A stretch of DNA of 64,000 bases, from IMG/VR virus record IMGVR_UViG_3300028416_000485, one strand, 5' to 3'. Of the stretch, positions 9,601-17,741 are shown piece by piece. Within the stretch, counting starts at the first letter, position 1; the number at the start of each line of letters is the position of its first letter. The translations under genes and the position numbers were made by a program. The stretch is from a virus. Under the pieces are notes generated by a model that was not told the DNA's origin, did no database searches, and saw nothing but the letters and a program-made list of their open reading frames with translations.

Positions 9601-10927
9601 TTCGTATAACTTCTCCGTTTACAAACTTGTAGTTTTTAATATGTTGATTAAAATCTTGCTTCCATATTTTATCTGTTTTTTCAATATACTTCATAAAAGC
9701 AGTCCAATCAGATTTTTTTGCATCGTAGTTTAAAATGTATTTTCTTATATATTCTAAACCTGCTACTGCACTATTGATATCTTGCCACATATCGTAAGGC
9801 TGTTCTATTCCTACTTGGAAGTGACTTTTTAATATCCTAGACGACTCTATGTTCTCTCTTCTTTTTTTATCTACACCAAATATAGCATTACGTGTTTCTT
9901 CGATATCGTTTAATACCGAACTTCTATGTTTCAATAACATTACACTTGGATTTAGATAATCAGGTGTATACACTATACTAACATTGATATAGTTAATGTC
10001 AAGTTCTAAAAAACTAAGCATCGCATCTTTTATTTCCATAAGTTGATATGTTCCTGTAGTGTAAACTATATTAATCTCGCAATGATTATTGTCAGCTTGT
10101 TTAAAATGATTTATATTTTCTTTTAGCTTTTGCCAATCGCCTTGTCTAAAGTAAGGATATAATCTAGGACCAGCATCTACGCTTATTTGAATGTTTACAT
10201 CACCAAACAAGTTTAATAACCTACTTAACTCAACTGCATCAAAATCTGCATTAAAGTTACTATGGAAAATGATTTTCATATTTTCAGCATTAGGATGTTC
10301 AGATAGTTTGCTGAGTGTTGGAAAGAACTGTTTTTGATACAACACTTCGCCGCCGGCAAAATCTACTCTTTCGAGGTTTGGAAAGTTGGTGTTGAGATCT
10401 TCGACTATTTCTAAAGCACGAGCTGTACTAATACTTATAGTATAATCATCATCTGCATCTTGTCGATGCATTTGTCCAGTTAGCTGTATTAGATTGTGTT
10501 TATAATCTTCATCGTCAGGTGTGTATTTTTTTAGCTTGGACATCCAGCCGCTGCTGAATACTTGACTACAATGCAAACAGCTCATATTACAACTATGGCT
10601 AAAACGCATCTCGATTGTTTTTAATCCTTCAAATGCTGTTTCTCCGGTTTCGTTATTATAATATTGCAAATCAACATCTTGCTCTTGACGCATACTCTTG
10701 CCTGCGTTTGCTTGTTCAACATGTTCACACATATTGCAGCCTTTGCACCAAGTTCCACTCATTAGTTTTTTACGATGATTTTTAAAGTTTTCATTATTAA
10801 AAAACTTGCTTGGTAGGTACTCATCATCAAGCATTTGAAACTTTTCGTGTTGTGTAGGACAACTCGTTGCAAATCCATTTTTAAAGTTGATTCCGCCTAC
10901 AGCATAATAACAATCTAAACTAGCCAA
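9593..10927 (-). CDS. Radical SAM protein, class A
   Basis: CNMSCLHC, AGGE; N-terminal C..SCP..CKGCNMC; TTG start with GGGAG upstream. Confidence 0.9.
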   Translation of the reverse strand: MASLDCYYAVGGINFKNGFATSCPTQHEKFQMLDDEYLPSKFFNNENFKNHRKKLMSGTWCKGCNMCEHVEQANAGKSMRQEQDVDLQYYNNETGETAFEGLKTIEMRFSHSCNMSCLHCSQVFSSGWMSKLKKYTPDDEDYKHNLIQLTGQMHRQDADDDYTISISTARALEIVEDLNTNFPNLERVDFAGGEVLYQKQFFPTLSKLSEHPNAENMKIIFHSNFNADFDAVELSRLLNLFGDVNIQISVDAGPRLYPYFRQGDWQKLKENINHFKQADNNHCEINIVYTTGTYQLMEIKDAMLSFLELDINYINVSIVYTPDYLNPSVMLLKHRSSVLNDIEETRNAIFGVDKKRRENIESSRILKSHFQVGIEQPYDMWQDINSAVAGLEYIRKYILNYDAKKSDWTAFMKYIEKTDKIWKQDFNQHIKNYKFVNGEVIRNV

Positions 10928-11798
10928 AGATTTTCTCCCATAAACTTTGTTTTTGTTTTGGTATATCTAATAAAAATCCGCTGACATTGTCCTTTCCCCA
11001 TTGTTTTTCCTGACAGAAAAAACAAGTTCCGCATTCTGGAGGATATTTAGTTTTGTAATCTTCTTTAATATCAACTATGCCAGCTTCACAACTTCGTGTT
11101 AACTTTAATAAATCATCTAACTTATAGTTAACATACTGTGCCATTGTATAGTTTTTTCTTAGAAGCCCAAAAGGATTAATACAAGATCCTGTAATAACCC
11201 AATCCCAGTTATCCTTAACAACTTTTTCATTTCGAAATTCAGGTGCTTGATTGTTATCCAAAGGAGGATTCATAGTGGTTCCGCTGTATACCCATTCGTA
11301 GTTATAAGATTTTATTAAATATTCTTGATAACCGTGTGTTATTAACACATCGCATTTTGCCATTGGTGGCAATGTCAAGTTGGGTAGATTTAGATTTTTT
11401 AAAGGCACTGTTTCAAATTCGTGTGGCAAGAATCCCCAATGCTGCATACCAATGATATTTGGAAACTGTTTTTTTAAATATTTAAAAGCATCTTCTGCCA
11501 TTGGTTTTAGCCAAGGCTTTTGTTCCCAGAAACGTACCATTGTGTATACATCTATTTTTGTTTTGAGTTTTTCTCTTTTAATAAGTGTACACAACATGTA
11601 AAGTAACAGACTGCTGTCGGCACCTCCACTAAATGCTACTAATATTTTTTTTGCATGTTTATCAAGATGTATAGGCAGGTTGTTTATTCTATAAACAGTG
11701 GGATATCTTCGAGTATAGTTCTTTTTTTCAAACTGATCGACAAAATTTCGTTTTTTATAATGTAGTTCTAAATAGTCTAAGTACTTAGTATCATCCAT
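10920..11798 (-). CDS. QueC-like PP-loop ATPase (second paralogue)
   Basis: FSGGADS; TRSC...CGTCFFC; shares R.WE..PW and P.E.E motifs with 8776..9600. Confidence 0.7.
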   Translation of the reverse strand: MDDTKYLDYLELHYKKRNFVDQFEKKNYTRRYPTVYRINNLPIHLDKHAKKILVAFSGGADSSLLLYMLCTLIKREKLKTKIDVYTMVRFWEQKPWLKPMAEDAFKYLKKQFPNIIGMQHWGFLPHEFETVPLKNLNLPNLTLPPMAKCDVLITHGYQEYLIKSYNYEWVYSGTTMNPPLDNNQAPEFRNEKVVKDNWDWVITGSCINPFGLLRKNYTMAQYVNYKLDDLLKLTRSCEAGIVDIKEDYKTKYPPECGTCFFCQEKQWGKDNVSGFLLDIPKQKQSLWEKIFG

Positions 11799-13188
11799 CA
11801 AAAATATCTTTCATCTCAGGAAATGTTTCAGCAAAGGTAATACCACGTTGTTTGTCGCATAGGTTTATAAACTCTTGCATTTCCGGCAAGCGTCTACTCC
11901 AGTCCTCTGATTCCATAAACTGTAGCATACCGTTAAGACGTTTAATACCATAAGGAGCGGCGTCAAACATTGCTTTGGTTACTTTACCTTTGTGCCAACT
12001 AGGAATACCTAGTTCCCAGTTTTCTTCCCACCATGGATAAAACTCTTCATACTTTTTACGTACTTCTGCTTTAAACCATTCTGGCAGCACTTTAACATTC
12101 AAGTGCGGAGGATGGTAAACAAAGTGGTAGTTTACTCCGCCTGCGCCAAAGGGCCACATGTTGATCTTTTTAAATCTTTTCTCTAGTTTCCACTTGATAA
12201 AATCTGGTATGTAGTATATGTTTAGTGCTTGTACTGCACATGCTACAGTTATTTCTACATTGTTACTGGTTTCGTTATCTAATATATGAAATACTTCTTC
12301 CTGACGTTTCCATTCACTTGGATAACGAATATAATCATTCATTTCATGTATGCTATCTATCGAATAGTGGAAGCGCACCAGTTTGAATTCTCGCCATAGA
12401 TCAAATAAATCTTCTCTCCATTCGACTCCATTACTGTTATAACGTAGTTCGAGATCTTTTGCATAGCCCATTTTAATCGCATGTTCAAGTATTTCATAAT
12501 GTTCCTCAATGATAAGACTTTCGCCGCCGGCAAAGTATATTTGTTGCATACTTGGCATTTGTTCGTAAAACTGTTTCCAAAATACTGGATTTTGTTTATG
12601 CCAGTTGTAGCTACTGCCGTTTGTACTGCCTTTGTCTTGCCACTGCATTGTTTCTTTGAGTGACTCATTCTTAACACCTGGAAAGATTGCCTTGTAATCT
12701 TTGATCCAACCACTACTATCGTGTGGTGAACACATTACACATGCCAACTGACACTTGGTGCCGAAGCGTAAGTCAATGTATGCTAGGTTAGGAGGCACTT
12801 CGCCGTCTTCTGTTGTATCGGCTATCAGTTTGTCAACATCAGTACGCTGGCTCCAGTATGCTGTTTCCCACATACGTTTACTATTGTGTCCTGCTGCTTC
12901 TTCTCTATAGCACTTCAAACAACTAGGAGGCTTTTCACCGTTCATCATTTGCTTGCGTACATTTTTCATGTATTCACTATTCCAAGCAGTTTGAAAATCA
13001 GTCACGTTTAAGTTGTTTGGCTTTCCGTCATCGGTTTTAAGAATACCAACTTGTCCGCCATGTTCTTTATCGTTGGTGGCGCCTACACTACTAGCGTTTG
13101 CTGTACAGCATACTCGCATACTACCATCTGGTCTTGTACTAAGGTGTACCCATGGAAGGATACAAAATGTGTCACTTACTTTGCTCAT
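11791..13188 (-). CDS. Radical SAM protein, class A
   Basis: CQLACVMC, AGGES; N-terminal FCILPW..VCC..CLKC. Confidence 0.92.
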   Translation of the reverse strand: MSKVSDTFCILPWVHLSTRPDGSMRVCCTANASSVGATNDKEHGGQVGILKTDDGKPNNLNVTDFQTAWNSEYMKNVRKQMMNGEKPPSCLKCYREEAAGHNSKRMWETAYWSQRTDVDKLIADTTEDGEVPPNLAYIDLRFGTKCQLACVMCSPHDSSGWIKDYKAIFPGVKNESLKETMQWQDKGSTNGSSYNWHKQNPVFWKQFYEQMPSMQQIYFAGGESLIIEEHYEILEHAIKMGYAKDLELRYNSNGVEWREDLFDLWREFKLVRFHYSIDSIHEMNDYIRYPSEWKRQEEVFHILDNETSNNVEITVACAVQALNIYYIPDFIKWKLEKRFKKINMWPFGAGGVNYHFVYHPPHLNVKVLPEWFKAEVRKKYEEFYPWWEENWELGIPSWHKGKVTKAMFDAAPYGIKRLNGMLQFMESEDWSRRLPEMQEFINLCDKQRGITFAETFPEMKDIFDG

Positions 13189-14249
13189 ACTGTACTTATA
13201 CCTTTATCTGCGTAGTTTATTTCATTATGATATGCTTTATTTTTTGCACATGTTCTAATACATCTACTAAGATGTAATGGATGACTTGGTTGCCAACTTG
13301 CTGTTAATAGATCTTTATACCAAGGATGTTGCATTACTTCTTCCTTGGTGTGTAACAGTAAACTATTCCACCCAGGTTCAAATCTGTTTAGTTTCTGCAT
13401 TATACCTTCTCTGTTTTTAAATGCACTATCCCATAAAAAACAACACGGCCACATAGTCTGATCACTTGCTATAAATATTTCACCTTCGTGGATATACTTA
13501 CATATAATACTATCAACTACTTCTTTAGTTTTTTTGGCATCAGCTTTATGAGATTTATACTCAGTAATAAACTTATCTAAATCTTTCATTATATCTTTTT
13601 TACTATGCTCTTTACTTCCTGTAGTTGTAATAACTTTTTGTTCCGTTTGTTTTTTAGTTTTTATTTTTGCAACCCAATCGTGATAACTATTACGCATTCC
13701 AGTACGTGTAGCAAAATCAAATCCTAGTACTGCGGCATGTGCTCTAGCAGTAACTAACTCTTGCTCATTGTGATCAAAAATAATATAAATCCATGTAGCA
13801 TGACGTTCTGGTGCTGCTTCAGAAAATGCTATAATATTGCGTTCTACAACACTCCATTTGGTGTTTACTCTATATATGTGATTGGTGTTTTTGTGTCCGT
13901 CAATACAAAAATGTATATGCAACTTTCCAATATACATTGATGCAAGTTCGCCTAGTTGTTTCCACCACGCTGCATTATTATATCCACCATTGGTACTATA
14001 TTCACAATAAGCACCTTGACTAAGAAGGTACTCTGTCATAGCCAAACAATCAGGATTGGTAATAGGATCTCCAAGCACACCACAAAACTTGAACTCTACT
14101 CCATTGTAATCTGCAGGTGGAAATATTCGCTGCAGATCTTGCAGTGAAAAACTGTTTATTCTCAGCAAATCACTATTAAGTGTTCTAGCACAACCCGGAC
14201 AAGCTGCATTACAATCACTGGTTATTTCTAGTTCAACTTTTTTAATCAT
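13185..14249 (-). CDS. Radical SAM protein, class B
   Basis: CNAACPGC, CGVLGDP, C-terminal C..WPCC..CIRTC. Confidence 0.9.
   Translation of the reverse strand: MIKKVELEITSDCNAACPGCARTLNSDLLRINSFSLQDLQRIFPPADYNGVEFKFCGVLGDPITNPDCLAMTEYLLSQGAYCEYSTNGGYNNAAWWKQLGELASMYIGKLHIHFCIDGHKNTNHIYRVNTKWSVVERNIIAFSEAAPERHATWIYIIFDHNEQELVTARAHAAVLGFDFATRTGMRNSYHDWVAKIKTKKQTEQKVITTTGSKEHSKKDIMKDLDKFITEYKSHKADAKKTKEVVDSIICKYIHEGEIFIASDQTMWPCCFLWDSAFKNREGIMQKLNRFEPGWNSLLLHTKEEVMQHPWYKDLLTASWQPSHPLHLSRCIRTCAKNKAYHNEINYADKGISTV
13186..13200 (-). promoter_or_regulatory. Candidate late promoter TATAAGTA, 4 nt before ATG
   Basis: TATAAGTACAGTATG: one mismatch to the T4 late consensus TATAAATA; 13 nt shared with 3827..3839. 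Confidence 0.5.
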
Positions 14250-15421
14250 ATTAGTTCTGCTAACTCTGGAAAGGTTTCTACAAAGTTAGTATTCCTTTTT
14301 TGGTCCCACATCTCTATTGTTTTTTTAAAGTTACGGTGAAGATTAGGATTATCATCACGTATATTTAGATAATCAAATAATCGATGATTTTTTTGTAGTT
14401 TGTATAACTTTGAATTTGCAAACATCATTTGCTGATCATTTAGTAGCACCGGAGTGTATGCTGTTGGCCCGTGCCATGGTAACAAAATCCAATTGTCCAT
14501 ATCAATATCATTGTCAATATACCATTCTTCTAGTGTATCTATAGTTAGTGCATTAAACAAACTATAACTTGTTTGTACGTGTACTTTTGCAACTTGTTTT
14601 ATTCTGTTGTAGTTTTTTAACCATTTTTCTTCTACCAGCGGATATCTAATATATGTACCACGCTTGCCAAAATGATCATGACTAAATGTGATATCAAAAT
14701 TTGTAAACTTTGACAGATAATCATTTACAATATCTTTGCCTTTGTATGTACTTACACTGCCATTTGTATGCGATGTAATGTGTATGTCAAATATTTTGTT
14801 ATCAATCAATACATCAAATAGTTTGTAGTATTGTTCTTGCATAAAGGGCTCACCTCCGTTACAATGTATTGATTGTATTGTATCCGCATGTTCTAAAATG
14901 TATTCAATAATAGGATCTATATTATTACTCCATTCGCTGGATACATTAGTATGTCGTATATCTAAATCTCTTTGTATTTCTATATCAGTATAGTTTTTTG
15001 CCCATGTACTACTAAGTTCAGATTCGCATCCTAGACATGCAAAGTTACAGTTATTACTTACAAGTAAATCAACAAAAATAGGTTTTTGTTCTGATAAATC
15101 AGCACTCATTACCTGTTTACTATAATGCATTGCCTTGTATGCATTTTCATTTGAAAACATTTGTACATTATGTATGCTGCCGGTTTGATTATAAAACTTG
15201 CTGCAAGACTGGCAACTATTTTTAGGATAGTTTCCTTCTAAAAAATCCTGGCGAGTAAGTTTTGCAGATTTGCTGTTGTAAACATTTTCAATAGAACTGT
15301 AGTTATAGTTGCCAAAACTACTAGTAGATGCGCAACACGGTTTTACAATACCATCTCTTCCAAAATATATTTGGTTAAACGGTGCATAACAAAATGTTTT
15401 ATTTTTCCAATACGGCGTCAT
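14246..15421 (-). CDS. Radical SAM protein, class A
   Basis: CNFACLGC, NGGEP; N-terminal FCYAPF..PCC..CQSC. Confidence 0.92.
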   Translation of the reverse strand: MTPYWKNKTFCYAPFNQIYFGRDGIVKPCCASTSSFGNYNYSSIENVYNSKSAKLTRQDFLEGNYPKNSCQSCSKFYNQTGSIHNVQMFSNENAYKAMHYSKQVMSADLSEQKPIFVDLLVSNNCNFACLGCESELSSTWAKNYTDIEIQRDLDIRHTNVSSEWSNNIDPIIEYILEHADTIQSIHCNGGEPFMQEQYYKLFDVLIDNKIFDIHITSHTNGSVSTYKGKDIVNDYLSKFTNFDITFSHDHFGKRGTYIRYPLVEEKWLKNYNRIKQVAKVHVQTSYSLFNALTIDTLEEWYIDNDIDMDNWILLPWHGPTAYTPVLLNDQQMMFANSKLYKLQKNHRLFDYLNIRDDNPNLHRNFKKTIEMWDQKRNTNFVETFPELAELI

Positions 15422-16497
15422 TTAAACTGCTCTGCAAATGGGTCAAACTCTTTGCCACATTTCATGCTGCATACTTTTAGTTTTCCATCAGCTATACTTT
15501 TCTTATCCCAACTATTTTGTATATTATCAAAAATGCCTGTTTCAAATACTGCACGTAATCCATGTTTTTTAGCACTAATAGCATCTTTGCCTCCAGCTGC
15601 ATCAACAAAATCCCATACTTGTTCTTGCTTAGGATCTTTGTGCCACCATTTGTACATACGTCCAGCAGTCCAACAACACGGCATAGCAAGTCCTTCTGCT
15701 GTAATAAACAAGTTGCCTTCGTCTTTTACTTTACAATGTATAGCAGCACGATCATAATAAGTATCCATACTTCCGTGTTTTTCTTTTACTTTGTCGTATG
15801 TTTCGAGTGCCTTGTTTAAATACTTGGCATCAGGTTTTTTAAGTTTGGCAGTTTGTTCACCTTTGCGATTTACTGCTTGATGTGATTCTTTCTTTTCACT
15901 TTGTGCTGTTACAAATCTGCCAGTTTTCTTCTTAACAAATCTTTCGCATCCCCATGTATTTGCAAGTGCTTCAGCTTCTTCAACTTGGTGTTGATTGTGT
16001 TCAAAAATTAAAAAGTCCCAACGTGCTCTGCCACCTGCTGCAATAAACGCTCGCATGTTGCGTTCTACATTATCCCATACAACGCCTTGACGATACAGGT
16101 GATTAGTATCCCTTAAACCATCAACACTAAAAATAACAGCACCCATCCGGCCAATAACATTAGCCAACTCACTCCACCATTCAACACTTTTTGCTCCTGC
16201 ATTTGTATTCATACTGAGCCACATTTTATCATTGTGTTCACGGAAGTACTTGAATATTTCTAGTGTATCTCGTGCTACAATAGGATCGCCCAAGTTACCG
16301 CACATATACATAGTGTTCAGTTGTGCAATAAACTCTGGTTCAAAGATGCGTTTACAATCATCTAGTGTAAGTTCGCTCAAATCAATATGCGGATTTAATG
16401 CTCCGCCGTTTTGATTTCTATCACACATAGGGCAACTGGCTTGACAGTTTTGTGTGTTTTCTAAATGTATTGTTTTTATATTTTCGTACTTATACAT
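15418..16497 (-). CDS. Radical SAM protein, class B
   Basis: CQASCPMC, CGNLGDP, C-terminal C..MPCC..CSMKC. Confidence 0.9.
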   Translation of the reverse strand: MYKYENIKTIHLENTQNCQASCPMCDRNQNGGALNPHIDLSELTLDDCKRIFEPEFIAQLNTMYMCGNLGDPIVARDTLEIFKYFREHNDKMWLSMNTNAGAKSVEWWSELANVIGRMGAVIFSVDGLRDTNHLYRQGVVWDNVERNMRAFIAAGGRARWDFLIFEHNQHQVEEAEALANTWGCERFVKKKTGRFVTAQSEKKESHQAVNRKGEQTAKLKKPDAKYLNKALETYDKVKEKHGSMDTYYDRAAIHCKVKDEGNLFITAEGLAMPCCWTAGRMYKWWHKDPKQEQVWDFVDAAGGKDAISAKKHGLRAVFETGIFDNIQNSWDKKSIADGKLKVCSMKCGKEFDPFAEQFK

Positions 16498-16714
16498 CCA
16501 TTATCAACTTTACATCTTTACCAGGACCAACCTTACTGGGTAGGTCGCCATACTGTTCAACATACCATTCAATAACAGCCTTGTACCAGTTTTGACTGTT
16601 GTGATGTGCTTTCTTATTAAACTGCCAAATATTATTGTTAGTTGCTTGTATTGTACTTAGAGCTCTTGCACTTTCTTTTTGTAGCTCACGTACACTTAAA
16701 TCACTTATATCCAA
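16490..16714 (-). CDS. Small hypothetical protein (74 aa)
   Basis: Fills the gap between the methyltransferase and rSAM genes with overlaps at both ends; TTG start. Confidence 0.65.
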   Translation of the reverse strand: MDISDLSVRELQKESARALSTIQATNNNIWQFNKKAHHNSQNWYKAVIEWYVEQYGDLPSKVGPGKDVKLIMDV

Positions 16715-17741
16715 TTCGCATAAACCTTTTGTATTTTTCTAGTTCTAGTTCGCCACTGTACAGCTCTTCGCCGAGATATACTTGTTTTGTAAAACTTTCA
16801 AGTGTTTCATGACAGTTAACATGTTCGTTGATTTCAAAATAGTTATTACTTTGCATTATTACTAAACTTCCGTATGTTATGCTGTCATACCAACTATCAA
16901 AGTTATTTATATGTTCGCAACTTGTGTTAATAACAGTATCTGGTACTGTCCACAATCTCTGAGTTGTACCGTCTGTTTTGTTTACATCGTATATATGTTC
17001 GTCAAATCTTATTTCGTGTATGTCTTCAGTGCTGGCTTTAAATTTCCAGTTATCAGTAACCCAAGGTTTGTTAAATATTTCGGCTATTTTCCAAACATCT
17101 GGATCTACATCAAAACTCCGAATAAAATCTATTTTTATATCACTTTCAAATAACATAGTAGCAAGAGTAGCATACCACCCTGCACATAAAAATACTTTAC
17201 CTAGTTCAACATTACATTTTTTAAGCTCATCTACTAGCCAAAGTTTACTTTGTAGCTGTCCTCTACTAAAACAATCTTCGTCTATTTGAACATTATTAGT
17301 CTCAAAGTTTTTAAATGCATCAACAAAATGTGTACTATCTCTATCTTTTAAGAGTCTAAGTATACTCCATATATTGTCATCCATCGTAGCTTTTCTTAAA
17401 TCTTCGTTGCCTACTAATCTAAAAATACTATGCATGTTGTCGTCGACGACTGCTTTTCTTAAATCATCGTTTCCTGGCAGTAATCTAAATAAACTATGTA
17501 AGTTTTTTTCTAAGACTGCCTTGCGTAAGTCTTCAGCTTCACCAATTATACGTTTGTTATCTATACAACGAAAAATACTATGAATGTTTTTCGTTAAAAT
17601 AGCACTACGCAAATCTTCATCTGATGTAAACTCTAATATAGCACTTATATCATTATCAATGTATACACGGCGTAAGTTTTCAAAATATTCATCTTGCGGA
17701 TTTAGTATTTCAAATCTGTCTAAAAGTTTATATATTTCCAT
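16701..17741 (-). CDS. Class I SAM-dependent methyltransferase-like protein with N-terminal helical repeats
   Basis: VFLCAGWYA (motif I-like), RSFDVD acidic motif, VINTSCEH; N-terminal repeats DLRKA....N.HSIFRL. Confidence 0.65.
   Translation of the reverse strand: MEIYKLLDRFEILNPQDEYFENLRRVYIDNDISAILEFTSDEDLRSAILTKNIHSIFRCIDNKRIIGEAEDLRKAVLEKNLHSLFRLLPGNDDLRKAVVDDNMHSIFRLVGNEDLRKATMDDNIWSILRLLKDRDSTHFVDAFKNFETNNVQIDEDCFSRGQLQSKLWLVDELKKCNVELGKVFLCAGWYATLATMLFESDIKIDFIRSFDVDPDVWKIAEIFNKPWVTDNWKFKASTEDIHEIRFDEHIYDVNKTDGTTQRLWTVPDTVINTSCEHINNFDSWYDSITYGSLVIMQSNNYFEINEHVNCHETLESFTKQVYLGEELYSGELELEKYKRFMRIGYK
17349..17621 (-). repeat. Four tandem ~21-28 aa repeats in the methyltransferase N-terminus
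   Basis: EDLRSAILTKNIHSIFRCI / EDLRKAVLEKNLHSLFRLL / DDLRKAVVDDNMHSIFRLV / EDLRKATMDDNIWSILRLL. Confidence 0.85.

Noticed and set aside
7632-11798. Canonical 7-deazaguanine DNA modification cluster (QueC plus QueE)
   Set aside because: No FolE, QueD or DpdA in the window; the rSAMs are longer than QueE and carry extra Cys clusters. Not excluded elsewhere in the genome.
16488-16495. TATAAGTA inside the start of the rSAM gene 15418..16497
   Set aside because: It lies within the codons for MYKY, downstream of the ATG, so it is not positioned to drive that gene; likely coincidental.
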